DNA of 63,287 nt, filler included, from Octopus bimaculoides (taxonomy: Eukaryota), in NCBI RefSeq assembly GCF_001194135.2. It is 6 parts of 5 records of this genome, joined end to end, with 100 filler letters (N's around TTAATTAATTAA, not from the genome) between each part and the next. Parts side by side here need not be neighbours in the genome. Positions count along the whole stretch, not along the records: positions 1 to 11,590 come from NC_069007.1; positions 11,691 to 28,933 come from NC_068981.1; 4 more parts are not named here. One strand, 5' to 3'. The notes below the pieces were generated by a model. It was not told the origin of the DNA and made no database searches. It saw only the letters and a program-made list of their open reading frames with translations. Both the position numbers and the translations under genes were made by a program. Each line of letters begins with the position of its first letter. Position 1 is the first letter of the stretch. Shown here in pieces: positions 1 through 13,259 of the stretch.

Positions 1-111
1 GCCGTACAATCAAATAATAATGATTATTATTTTTCACACACACACACATTTGTATATATATATGTGTGTGTGAGTGTATGTGAGTGTGTATGTATATATA
101 TATATATATAT

Positions 112-155
<44 letters not shown>

Positions 156-846
156 AGAGAGAGGTAGTGTGTTATATGAACTCGGAATGTATGTAGAATA
201 TGTATTGAATGATTGAGTATACCTCCTGCATGTATACCTCTGTGTATATGTATATATATAATCATAGTGTCATATATATATATATATATATATAAGTCGA
301 AACAATTTGTTGGCCTTTTATGTTTATTTTTAAATAATTGTTTATGTTCTATAATATTATGTTATATTCATAGTATATATTCATAGTATATATTCATAGT
401 ATATATGATATAAATAAATTATTCGGATTGTCAAATAGTATCTCTCTATTTAATTTATCTTTGTAATTGCATCATACCCCTATTTATATGGTATCCAATT
501 GAAGTACCAGTGAATTGGATGTTTAATACACCCCTTTGAAGGATTTCTTTTCCTCTACACACATATGAAAATAAAGATATGAAACATGCTTTCACAGAAA
601 TGCCTTCAGCTTTATGTTTTATTCTAAAAGCACTATTGCATGTGTTCGCAGAGTGAGTTTTCCTTAGACAAAACAGAGGGAATCATATATTCCTGAAAAA
701 TTCACGTATAAAAAATGGTTTACTGAATAAAATTCCAGAGACAGTATAACCAGAGGATGCTTAACTGAAAGAAACGTGTATTTTGTTAACTGATTTCCTT
801 TCTGATCAGTTCATAAAAGTTGAAATCTTGATCTTCGATGTCTGCT

Positions 847-945
847 CAGGCGCGGCTGTGTGGTAGGAAGTTTGCTTCCCAGCCACACGATTCCGTGTTC
901 GGTCCCACTGAGTGGTCCCTTGAGCGGGTGTTTTCTATTATAGCT
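847..945 (+). mobile_element. tRNA-derived SINE family A, 5' part
   Basis: GGCTGTGTGGTAGGAAGTTTGCTTCCCAGCCACACGATTCCGTGTTCGGTCCCACTG head, homologous to the copies at 35407, 35695, 58017 and (minus strand) 62210. Confidence 0.75.
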
Positions 946-1491
946 TTTATTTCAAAACCACTACAATTGTTTCGACACTTTTTTTTTTCTTTTACACACG
1001 TAATACATTGGTTAATTCATATTATGCTGTGTAATATTTATCATCCATCGCACCGCTTTAGGTTTTCATTCTTCCACCAAGTGAAATGAGGACATGATCT
1101 AACGAAGGACCTATTTGAAACAATCACCTGAAGAAACACATTTTGCACCTTTGATAGACGATTGTGATTACACATATTAATTAATTATATCGTCTTACCA
1201 CTGAATTATGGGTGTAAAAATGTGTCGATACAATTGTAGTTATTTTAGATAAAGAATGTCGTTCAATCCATTTTCTATTACTTATCTGTTTATATGAGCT
1301 GTATGGATACTATGGAATTTCTGATATATATACTAGGTAACAGGAGCCTTTCCACTGTATGATGACATCAGGTAGCCAATAGCTGTGAACGAGCTTTGCA
1401 TAGCACTCTACAAAGTTTATTTATATGTATATATATATGTATATGCATATGTGTATATGTATATATGTATATGAATATGTGTATGTATGTG

Positions 1492-1563
<72 letters not shown>

Positions 1564-1892
1564 ATACAAATGATATATGAGCATATGCATCTATACATAC
1601 ATATATGTACATACCTACATCTACATGTATATATAGATGCATATTTGAGTACAGGACGTCAAAACAGGTACGGGAACATAAATAAAGCACAAAAAACGGG
1701 CTTGTTTTTACGGACAACAGAATGAACACTTAGGAAAACAGACGAGTCACTTATGGAACTTTTCCTTCATCAGCTGCTTCTATTCTAAACTAGGCATTTC
1801 GAATATATATATATATATATATACGTAAATCCCGTGGGCTTGTTTCAGCTTAAAAAGACATCTTGCCAGTTATGAAATTAGGTCCATCTGAT

Positions 1893-2060
1893 CGAGGTGT
1901 AGCATTCCTCAACTATTGATGGTACTTTATTTTATCGATCTAGAAAATATGAAAGACAAAGTTGACCTCGGCAGGACTTATACACAGAAACTAAAACGTT
2001 GGAAGAAACATCACTAACCATTTCATCCGATGCGCTAACGATTCTTCTAACGCGTCGCTT
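1893..2060 (-). mobile_element. SINE family B, degenerate copy
   Basis: GTACTTTATTTTATCGATC...GAAAGACAAAGTTGACCTCGGC body matches the intact copy at 43671-43905. Confidence 0.75.
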
Positions 2061-3039
2061 ATAATTTCCACCGCTGCATGTAAATTCTAAACTATGCTTC
2101 ATTAATTAATTCTCAAAAAAAACCAATTAGTCCATTTGTTGCTGTTGTCGCTGTTCAGTATTTCCGGCAACGGTTTCGTTCCTTTAGAATTGATCTGGGA
2201 ATCAACAACAACTAATTAGATTTTTTTTTAGGTGGGATCAGTCGAGATTTTTACGGGTCACACCCATTCGAATAGACAGGTGTGCATGGGTGAAATCTTG
2301 CTATTACGATTCTCTTCATTAAAATCTTCTATAGCAGTAGTGGTGGTGGTGGTGGTGGTGGTGGTAGTATTTGATCCTTTGTTTGGAATTTCATCACAGT
2401 TTACGTTTTATTTTATTCTTTTTTTCCTTATTAANNNNNNNNNNNNNNNNNNNNNNNNNNNNNNNNNNNNNNNNNNNNNNNNNNNNNNNNNNNNNNNNNN
2501 NNNNNNNNNNNNNNNNNNNNNNNNNNNNNNNNNNNNNNNNNNNNNNNNNNNNNNNNNNNNNNNNNNNNNNNNNNNNNNNNNNNNNNNNNNNNNNNNNNNN
2601 NNNNNNNNNNNNNNNNNNNNNNNNNNNNNNNNNNNNNNNNNNNNNNNNNNNNNNNNNNNNNNNNNNNNNNNNNNNNNNNNNNNNNNNNNNNNNNNNNNNN
2701 NNNNNNNNNNNNNNNNNNNNNNNNNNNNNNNNNNNNNNNNNNNNNNNNNNNNNNNNNNNNNNNNNNNNNNNNNNNNNNNNNNNNNNNNNNNNNNNNNNNN
2801 NNNNNNNNNNNNNNNNNNNNNNNNNNNNNNNNNNNNNNNNNNNNNNNNNNNNNNNNNNNNNNNNNNNNNNNNNNNNNNNNNNNNNNNNNNNNNNNNNNNN
2901 NNCTAATACACCAGTGAGGCTTTTATGCTGACAGATAAGCTACATACTTATCTATCTATCTGTCTATCTATCTATCTATCTATCTGTCTGTCTGTCCGGG
3001 TGCGTGTGTATGTATATGCCTATATATGTTTGTGTGTTA

Positions 3040-3084
<45 letters not shown>

Positions 3085-4802
3085 GATATGCGCTACATAC
3101 ACACATACATGCAGACGTAAACGAATTGCACGGCACGGAGGTTGGGAGAGTTCAAGAGAAAGGGCGATAATTATCACAGACGTAAACAAAACTGCGTGAG
3201 TATACAGCAGACACCCAACACACACACACACACACACACACAGATATATATATATATATATATACACATATATAGAAAAAAGGACAGCAAACCACAGTGA
3301 AAATTGCAGCTAATGAGTGTGTGTCATGGCCTGAGGCAGAGTAATTGATTCCCGGATTATAACAACTGAGACTGTCAACGTTGGTTGCAGCAACATTAAC
3401 ATGGCTTCTACCACCACCGCCACTNNNNNNNNNNNNNNNNNNNNNNNNNNNNNNNNNNNNNNNNNNNNNNNNNNNNNNNNNNNNNNNNNNNNNNNNNNNN
3501 NNNNNNNNNNNNNNNNNNNNNNNNNNNNNNNNNNNNNNNNNNNNNNNNNNNNNNNNNNNNNNNNNNNNNNNNNNNNNNNNNNNNNNNNNNNNNNNNNNNN
3601 NNNNNNNNNNNNNNNNNNNNNNNNNNNNNNNNNNNNNNNNNNNNNNNNNNNNNNNNNNNNNNNNNNNNNNNNNNNNNNNNNNNNNNNNNNNNNNNNNNNN
3701 NNNNNNNNNNNNNNNNNNNNNNNNNNNNNNNNNNNNNNNNNNNNNNNNNNNNNNNNNNNNNNNNNNNNNNNNNNNNNNNNNNNNNNNNNNNNNNNNNNNN
3801 NNNNNNNNNNNNNNNNNNNNNNNNNNNNNNNNNNNNNNNNNNNNNNNNNNNNNNNNNNNNNNNNNNNNNNNNNNNNNNNNNNNNNNNNNNNNNNNNNNNN
3901 NNNNNNNNNNNNNNNNNNNNNNNNNNNNNNNNNNNNNNNNNNNNNNNNNNNNNNNNNNNNNNNNNNNNNNNNNNNNNNNNNNNNNNNNNNNNNNNNNNNN
4001 NACCGCCACCACCTGCACCAGCACTACCACCACCACGAACGTCATAAACAGCATCACTACCACCACTACCATCATCACCATCACTTCTTCCACCACTACA
4101 CACAACCACAGCCACTAACACCACCACTGCAACAATCTTCGCTAAACCACCATCACCACCACCATCACAACTACCACCACCACAACCATCATAACCACCA
4201 CAGTACCACTGCCGCCACTACTTTCACCATCACCACGTCCACCACCACTACTACCACCACCAATATCGCCACCACTTTCACCACCACCGTCCTCCACTTC
4301 CGCCAACACACAGCACCACCACCACCATCTTCAGCACGACCCTCACCCCCACCTTTACTGTGCCATACTATCACCTCCCCCACCTCTAATTGTTCCGATT
4401 AACACCAGCACCACTACCACCACCACCAGTACCATCATCACCCCCCACTTCTTAACAAACAATGTGGGTAGTGGGGTAGTGAGGGTGGTGGTGGTGGTGG
4501 TGGTGGTAGTTGTGGTTGTGGTGGCGGTAAACAATATGTTAAAATGGTGGCCAGCTAAGAGAAAAAAAGATGGGAGAATTGTGAAGCATGGATGTCTGAG
4601 GGCGCGGTGTGTAATACGATGTTTGTGTATATGTGTATTATTTATGTATATATGTGTATGTATGTTTGTTGTATGTATATATGTGTATATGTGTGTGTAT
4701 ATGTGTAGATATGTTTGTTATGTATATGTATATATGCGTATATGTTTGTTGTATATATTTGTGTGTATATGTGTATATATGCTTTTATATATGTTTGTTG
4801 TA

Positions 4803-4875
<73 letters not shown>

Positions 4876-7543
4876 GCTTATATATGTATATATATATATA
4901 TATGTGTGTGTGTTGTGTATGTGTGTGTGGTATTATATTGTTGTTCTTGTTCTCGTTCTTTCTGCTGTAATGGCAAACAGTATCGATGGTGGTGGCAGTT
5001 GTGGAGAGGCTAATGGCGTATGCAGGCAATTAATGACATTGTTATTGCCAAAAATGGCGGTGCCGTGGTAGTAATGGTGGTGGTGGTGATTGATATTGTG
5101 CTGGCGATAGTGGTGCTGGTGCTAGTAAAATTATCATTGCAGTAAAGGCAGTAGTGTTGGTAGTGATGATGACGAACTTATTATTGCAGTATTGGACGTA
5201 GTGTCGGTAGTGTCAGAGGAATCATTTTAGTAGTATAAGTTGTAGTTTTGGTGGTATCAGTGAAGTTATTATTGCAGTATACGTTGTAGTGTTATTGGTC
5301 ATTTTTAAGTTATTATCGCCGTACAGGTTGTGGTGTTTGGTAAAGTTCTTATTGCAGTATAGAACGTGGTGTTGGTGGCGTCATTGAATCTATTATTGCA
5401 GTATAGGTTGCAGTGTTGGTGGTGGTAAGGATGGAGGCTTGAGGCAGGCAATTAATGATGTTGTTATTGTAGTAGTGGTCGTTGTTGTTGCAGTAGACCA
5501 AATTATAGTACAGGTGGTAGTTGTAGTGGTGTGGTCGCAGTGATAATGGTTTATACTAGTAATTATTGATAACTGATTGTTGCTGTTGCTGTTGCTGTTG
5601 TTTAACTCGAAGTCAGCACCGACCCAGGAAAATCTATGGTCAAAGGCGTTCTGTCCATGACCACCCTGTCTCTTCTCAGGATGATTTCGCTGCTGTTTCT
5701 AGCAGGTCGAGCGAATGTTGTTGTTGTTTGTTGCTGCCACTGCTGTTTAATCTCAGAGAAACTCTCTGATGAAGTAGGCCAATGACCGAAGGCGTTCCAG
5801 CCTGGACCAACCTGTCTTTTATTCAATCATGATACGTCTAGGACTACATTGTCTAAAAAGTCCTTCCCATTAAAATAAAAAAAGGTGTTTTGAATATAAA
5901 ATATAGATACGATTTCAGATAGATTTAGCTGCTATTTTTAGAAGGCTGGGCAATTTCTCTCATTTGCTGATGCTCGTGGTGGGTGGTGGTGACAATGATG
6001 ATGATGATGATGACGATAAGTGGCGGTGGTGGTTGATGTCGTGGCGGTGATGGCTTACTTCTTAGTAATGAGGGTAAGAAGCGCGTGGTGCAAAGAAAAA
6101 AGCCTATTTCTGTGTATGTCTGTCTGCTGTTCTGTACGTCTGTTTGTCTGTATGGCTGGCTTACTGGCTGGTCGGCTGGCTTGATGGCTGGCTTGAGGCC
6201 CGGTTGTCTGATTATGTTATCATTGTCGTTGATGTTGTTGTTGTGGTTGCTGCAGTTGTTGTTGTTATTGTTGTTGTTGTTGTTGTCAGCAATCCAATTT
6301 AATTTATTGCACGATTTGCTTTCATGAATTTTCTCGGGATTTAATTAACTTCCTGCTAAGCTTGTCAGTCGGTTTAAGAGAGAGAGAGATGAGAATTGGC
6401 GGGAGAGTGAATGTGAGGGAGGGAGCATGGGGCAGTGCACGTCAGTCATTCTGTGAATGAGTAAGGGAGTGCGGGAGAGAGTGAGTGCCAAGGGTGTGTA
6501 AGTCAGAGAGTGTGAGTGAATGAGGGAATAAAAGTATAGAAGTATGCGTGCGATTCTGTGGGTAAATTTNNNNNNNNNNNNNNNNNNNNNNNNNNNNNNN
6601 NNNNNNNNNNNNNNNNNNNNNNNNNNNNNNNNNNNNNNNNNNNNNNNNNNNNNNNNNNNNNNNNNNNNNNNNNNNNNNNNNNNNNNNNNNNNNNNNNNNN
6701 NNNNNNNNNNNNNNNNNNNNNNNNNNNNNNNNNNNNNNNNNNNNNNNNNNNNNNNNNNNNNNNNNNNNNNNNNNNNNNNNNNNNNNNNNNNNNNNNNNNN
6801 NNNNNNNNNNNNNNNNNNNNNNNNNNNNNNNNNNNNNNNNNNNNNNNNNNNNNNNNNNNNNNNNNNNNNNNNNNNNNNNNNNNNNNNNNNNNNNNNNNNN
6901 NNNNNNNNNNNNNNNNNNNNNNNNNNNNNNNNNNNNNNNNNNNNNNNNNNNNNNNNNNNNNNNNNNNNNNNNNNNNNNNNNNNNNNNNNNNNNNNNNNNN
7001 NNNNNNNNNNNNNNNNNNNNNNNNNNNNNNNNNNNNNNNNNNNNNNNNNNNNNNNNNNNNNNNNNNNNNNNNNNNNNNNNNNNNNNNNNNNNNNNNNNNN
7101 NNNNNNNNNNNNNNNNNNNNNNNNNNNNNNNNNNNNNTGTGTGTGTGTGTGTGTTAATGTGTGTAAAATAGAACGATGATATTTATTCACATCTCAGATT
7201 CCCACCAGCACCGAACAAAAACAGGGTCAGCGCCTCAGCTCCCCCCTAGCCCATTCGAGCACCCTCCCTCCTCACGTCTTCCCCCACCAATTTTCGAAAC
7301 ATAAATGGCAATCAGCTAATAAAAGCGCCACAAATGAAATGAAGACCAACTAATTACTGAGTCTGCCCAAATATTTATAACCCCCGTCTCACTACCACAA
7401 ACACGACCGGCGGTAAAACGCGGGAAATACATATGTTTTGATTTGGCCAAATTTTTAACCCCACCCACTGGGATAACAGCAGCAATAACATGGTTTCATT
7501 AACCAAACAGTTTAGTTCTCACAGAGAACACTGTAGAATTACA

Positions 7544-7592
<49 letters not shown>

Positions 7593-7671
7593 ATGTCTGT
7601 CTGTCTATCTGTCTGTCTATCTATCTGTCTGTCTGTCTATTTGTCTGTCTATCTATCTATCTGTCTGTCTA

Positions 7672-7705
<34 letters not shown>

Positions 7706-7984
7706 ACTTGATATATACGAAGCAGTAAAAATTCCTGGCTTTGGGCTAAAGAAAGTACAGGAGGAATCATTTAATCATGATTTTATTCAACTTATTCCCC
7801 TCTCACATTCACACACTTATTGCAGTGGTTCTTCAGATTTTGTAAGCCCCGTAAAAGGACTCGGAAAGTTTGAACTTGGGATATTGAGGAGCTGTGGGCT
7901 CCAGAACCCCAACCTATTTCAGTATCTAGCCCTGTCTTTTGACGGTAGGGGAGGGATTTTTGGCACTATGTGTGTGCGTGTTTG

Positions 7985-8250
7985 TGTATGAATATGTTTT
8001 ATGTGTGTGTATGAATATGTTTGCGTGTGTGTGTGTCTTTGTGTCTGTTTGCTCCCCATCAGCGCTTGACAACCTGTGATGGTGGATTTACGTCCTTGTA
8101 GCTTAGCTTTTCGGCAAAAGCGACCGATAGAGAACATAGCAAGCTCTAAAGAAAATAAAGCTCTGGGGTCGATACATTCGGCTAAAAATTCTTCAAGGCA
8201 GTGCCCCAGCATGGCCGCAGTCTAATGACTGAAAGAAGTAAAAGAGTAAC
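7985..8250 (+). mobile_element. SINE family A, 3' part
   Basis: GCTTGACAACC...GGTGCCCCAGCATGGCCGCAGTCTAATGACTGAAAGAAGTAAAAGA-type tail, shared with 36000-36170 and 58250-58451. Confidence 0.7.
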
Positions 8251-8254
8251 AAAT

Positions 8255-8293
8255 TGACCAATCAGAAAAGACGTCGTAACTGCACCGGAAGTA
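8255..8293 (+). promoter_or_regulatory. Candidate promoter motif cluster (CCAAT box, CRE-like core, ETS site)
   Basis: GACCAATCAG (CCAAT at 8258), GACGTC (8270) and ACCGGAAGT (8284-8292) lie within 40 bp; second AGCCAATC at about 8387. Motif match only. Confidence 0.3.
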
Positions 8294-8690
8294 ATATATT
8301 TTTGTGTTGTTTTTTGTTTATTAAACATTCCTTTTCGTTTTACCTTTTTCACGTATTTTTATTTTTTCTTGTTTGAATTCTTTATTAGCCAATCTGACAG
8401 GTATAATGTTTTTACCTGTCATTGTCAAGGAAATCAATCATCAGTTGGATATTAAAATTAATTCCGTACTTAAGCTTCGCCGTTTGATATTAATTGGATC
8501 AACTTTGTAATAATTAGACCCTACCGAACATCTCCGAAAGTATACGGAAATCACAAATCGGTTGTTTAGATGATCGAGCATCCATGTGCAAAATACTCAC
8601 GCATTCCAATACACACACAAACACACGCACACACACACGTCACTAACATGATATCAACACTCTACAATATTTGTGTATGTATGTGCTTGT

Positions 8691-8760
<70 letters not shown>

Positions 8761-9066
8761 NNNNNNNNNNNNNNNNNNNNNNNNNNNNNNNNNNNNNNNN
8801 NNNNNNNNNNNNNNNNNNNNNNNNNNNNNNNNNNNNNNNNNNNNNNNNNNNNNNNNNNNNNNNNNNNNNNNNNNNNNNNNNNNNNNNNNNNNNNNNNNNN
8901 NNNNNNNNNNNNNNNNNNNNNNNNNNNNNNNNNNNNNNNNNNNNNNNNNNNNNNNNNNNNNNNNNNNNNNNNNNNNNNNNNNNNNNNNNNNNNNNNNNNN
9001 NNNNNNNNNNNNNNNNNNNNNNNNNNNNNNNNNNNNNNNNNNNNNNNNNNNNNNNNNNNNNNNNNN

Positions 9067-9320
9067 TAGGTGATACAAGAAAGGGACAACAAAACATCCA
9101 GATAGACGATACAAAGAAAACACAGACAGGTCATTCGGAGTTTTCTTTCCTCAGTCGAGATCCAGATTATCCTTGCAATTTCGGATGATTATTCTCGATA
9201 TTGCTCCAATCTGGCCAGCCCCAAGGAAAAACTAAGCTAAGAGTATTAGATTCCTTGGAAGAAAGCAGCGAATGTATACAAAAAACAAGGATGGAAAAAA
9301 ACGAAATGTTACATGCTTGT
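9067..9320 (+). repeat. Dispersed repeat, same family as the fold-back at 56858-57240
   Basis: CATTCGGAGTTTTCTTTCCTCAGTCGAG...CTCCAATCTGGCCAGCCCCAAGGAAAAACTAAGCTAAGAG is near-identical to both arms at 56858-57240. Confidence 0.85.
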
Positions 9321-9335
9321 ATTTTATTACTTCGC

Positions 9336-9337
<2 letters not shown>

Positions 9338-9397
<60 letters not shown>

Positions 9398-9446
9398 GTT
9401 ATTATTATTATTATTGTTATTATTATTATTATTGTTATTATTATTC
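9338..9446. repeat. (ATT)n microsatellite
   Basis: Direct reading. Confidence 0.95.
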
Positions 9447-10911
9447 ACTTCGGCTGACTCGGCATTTATAAATCAATTTTCCAGAGTTTAATAACATATT
9501 TCCACTGCATCAGTTGCACAAAGAGCGCTAACTGTAGTCCGTTTGGAAGACATTCAGAAAATGGGAAACATCTCTTTTCCTCCTTGTAAACGAATGACAA
9601 TTCAAATATCGCAAAAGATTCATAACGATTCGTTGAATAGTTACCAGCAATGGCGTCGCTTTATTTTTAGTAAATATGTCTCCAACAAGACAAGATGGCC
9701 GGTTTGGATCCTTTTGCAGTCAGTGATCGCCTCGGTATAATAACGTGTCAGGTGTTTTAATTTGCCCCACAGCTGTTCGCGTGTGGTATATGGATGGTAC
9801 ATCAAGATGGCGAGGTCTATCTTGTAATATTCTGTCTTTTAACTCTGCCGGGAAGTACTTATCCTTATATATTTACTTGTCGGTCTGCCACTCTGTTGAT
9901 CGACCGATCGATTGATCAACTGATAGTAAATTGTCAATGGAATAAGTCATCATCATCGTCATCATCATCAACGTCATTGTCGTTTTGACGTCCATTCTTC
10001 CATGCTATCATGCGTTAGGCGGAAGTCTTTGAGGTACATTTTCAACAGTCGGAAGCCCTTTGTGTGGTCCCAATTGCCGTCTGTTTTCAAAGTAAGGTAA
10101 CATTTCTCCATGTCTGGACATGTGCTCACAGAAGATTGCAAACAAGAGACACCGTTTCTATGACGGCGAAACACGCTTACAATTACAGCGTAATGTGAAA
10201 ACGAGGAGATAGCCCTCCGTTCACACATACGCGCGCATATATGGGTACAGAACATCACAAAAAACGTTAAACACAATGAGAAACGAAAACATNNNNNNNN
10301 NNNNNNNNNNNNNNNNNNNNNNNNNNNNNNNNNNNNNNNNNNNNNNNNNNNNNNNNNNNNNNNNNNNNNNNNNNNNNNNNNNNNNNNNNNNNNNNNNNNN
10401 NNNNNNNNNNNNNNNNNNNNNNNNNNNNNNNNNNNNNNNNNNNNNNNNNNNNNNNNNNNNNNNNNNNNNNNNNNNNNNNNNNNNNNNNNNNNNNNNNNNN
10501 NNNNNNNNNNNNNNNNNNNNNNNNNNNNNNNNNNNNNNNNNNNNNNNNNNNNNNNNNNNNNNNNNNNNNNNNNNNNNNNNNNNNNNNNNNNNNNNNNNNN
10601 NNNNNNNNNNNNNNNNNNNNNNNNNNNNNNNNNNNNNNNNNNNNNNNNNNNNNNNNNNNNNNNNNNNNNNNNNNNNNNNNNNNNNNNNNNNNNNNNNNNN
10701 NNNNNNNNNNNNNNNNNNNNNNNNNNNNNNNNNNNNNNNNNNNNNNNNNNNNNNNNNNNNNNNNNNNNNNNNNNNNNNNNNNNNNNNNNNNNNNNNNNNN
10801 NNNNNNNNNNNNNNNNNNNNNNNNNNNNNNNNNNNNNNNNNNNNNNNNNNNNNNNNNNNNNNNNNNNNNNNNNNNNNNNNNNNNNNNNNNNNNNNNNNNN
10901 NNNNNNNNNNN

Positions 10912-10953
<42 letters not shown>

Positions 10954-11476
10954 CACTTATCTATCCACTTCAAAAGTATACACACCTGTACGTATATACA
11001 TACGTATATGTATATCTCTGTGTTGGTGAGTATATATAAGAGTCCTCACTATATATACACTTGTCACCTATTTAACACCTAACCGACACTCAATGAGAAA
11101 AAGAAAATAGCGAAATATATACATAAAAATAAAATACCAAACGAAAATAATTCAAAATTCTTGTATTTAGATGTCAAGTATGTGTTTAAGAGGTCAACAG
11201 ATTTAGCAGGCGTATATACGGATATGTTTGGGGAAAGAAAGGATAAGCTGGTATTAATTGTTTATGGCAATATGGTACAATGGGTATATACAAATATATA
11301 GGGTTTCGTATGCGGGGGTTAGTTTATTTCTCTGTCTATGTATGTATGTATGTATGTATGTATGTATGTATGTATCTATATATCTATCTATCTATCTATC
11401 TATCTATCTACATATCTATCTATCTATCTATCTATACATACATACATGGAGACAGACAGACAGACAAACAGACACG

Positions 11477-11509
<33 letters not shown>

Positions 11510-11590
11510 GCAAATATACGTATGCATACGTATATTCAAATTCTATATGAATGCATATATATATGCGTATATATAAACATATATATATAT

Positions 11591-11690
11591 NNNNNNNNNN
11601 NNNNNNNNNNNNNNNNNNNNNNNNNNNNNNNNNNTTAATTAATTAANNNNNNNNNNNNNNNNNNNNNNNNNNNNNNNNNNNNNNNNNNNN
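11591..11690. other. Artificial scaffold-joining spacer (44N-TTAATTAATTAA-44N)
   Basis: Exactly 100 bp; TTAATTAATTAA is palindromic with stops in all six frames. Confidence 0.95.
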
Positions 11691-13259
11691 GAAATGTGAT
11701 TTGATACTGAAATAGTTTTCTTTTTCTCCTTCCTTTATTTTTGTATTTGTTGTTGGATTTTTCATAAAGGCTCATTAAGAGAAAGTAGGAGTTGAATGGA
11801 TTTGTATTAGAAAGAGGAAATTAGATTTTATTAGGGAGAAAATGTTTACTTGTGTAGTTTTAAGGATTTTATTCGCTATTAGGAACTTTTTGGAGTGAAA
11901 AAATGACGCAGTGACCTAACTTATTGTATTTAGAATATTAATTGCGATTGTTTAATCGAAGAAATTTTGAATTGTGTAAATGTATGAATTTTAAACATAC
12001 ACACACACACAGAGTAGATTTGCCTTTTATAGTATAGATATATGAATGACATGTTTCTTGTAATGAAAAACCTTGACAAATAATGCTTTTACAGATGACC
12101 TCAAAGCAAATCTTCTACAAGTTTACACCAACACAAACTTGTTTGCAAGGATTTAAACTTAGCTTCAGATGACAAACTTACCATGCTCATCTAGATTAAG
12201 CTCTCTAATTAAGGCACAAAATTGTAATAGCAAAAAAAAAACAAAAAAAATAAATAAAATAACATAAAAATAAAAATAAAATAAACCTTTAAGATAGTAT
12301 TTTCCAAAAGCATAATAACTACACAAATCTTTCTTAAGACACTACATTGTCCACATATAATAATAAATACTACAGTGAGCAAAACCCTGACAGCGATAAT
12401 TTCACCAACACTCTGACCAATATTTCAGGCAACATTCTGTTAGTAACAAAGTTAATTATAAATTTCTTAATAATAAATGTAATAGCAACCACAGCAACTA
12501 AGAAGAATCCACAAACATTTTCAACAAGGCACAAGCTATTTTATTCATTCAACAAAGCTATTGAAAAAGAAAGCCATATCTTCCTAAACTCAAACTTTTG
12601 TGTTGTGTTTAACAAGACAGATTTCAAAAACTGCAAGATATGCAAACAATTCTGAATTAACAGGCCTGCAAGAAATCTTGGGTGTCTCCAATGTAATTTA
12701 GTGTCTCAAGATAATGCGCTAAGACCCTGCTTGAAGCTCAGTCAATTACTTTAGGAATTACATTAGAAAACTTGGAGCTTTCTGATTTGGCAGGCGCTAC
12801 TTGTTTTCTTAATGAAACACTTTCAAACTTGGGGCACTGGTAGAATGTGTCATATAAAACATCTTTTACTCTTAGTGTTATTGAGAAAATTTTATCTTTT
12901 TAAAGTTATTTCATGTTAAAATTGTCGTATTTCGGTAATTTCAACCAATCACTGATGTCTATTGAGGTGAAAACAATTACTGCTGTGGAATGTAAACAAC
13001 ATGTTCTAGCGGAGTAATGGGATCTTTTCCCTTGAATAAAATTAGTGCCGTTGTTTGTCAATAACAACTATCAGTGGTACTGTTATTTATGACATCGTTC
13101 GTGCATTTGTACTGGTTTTAGCTTNNNNNNNNNNGGTAATTTCAACCAATCACTGATGTCTATTGAGGTGAAAACAATTACTGCTGTGGAATGTAAACAA
13201 CATGTTCTAGCGGAGTAATGGGATCTTTTCCCTTGAATAAAATTAGTGCCGTTGTTTGT

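Noticed and set aside
365-403. 13-bp unit TATTCATAGTATA repeated three times
   Set aside because: Simple minisatellite with no spacers; not CRISPR-like.
750-790. CAGAGGATGC..GAAACGTGTA, hammerhead-like
   Set aside because: The core CUGA is broken and no convincing stems I/II.
1760-1805. Minus-strand GAAA...TA...CTGATGA-AGG arrangement resembling a type II hammerhead
   Set aside because: Stems I and III do not pair convincingly in this copy; only a family consensus could rescue it.
4001-4530. (CAC/CAT)n tract flipping to (GGT)n, with His/Thr-rich ORFs and apparent hairpin
   Set aside because: Low-complexity repeats pair trivially; no splice or start context.
9770-9820. Possible mini-exon AVRVWYMDGTSRWR, reminiscent of the ADI1 N-terminus
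   Set aside because: Similarity limited to WYMD, weak donor (GTCTAT), and no other exons.
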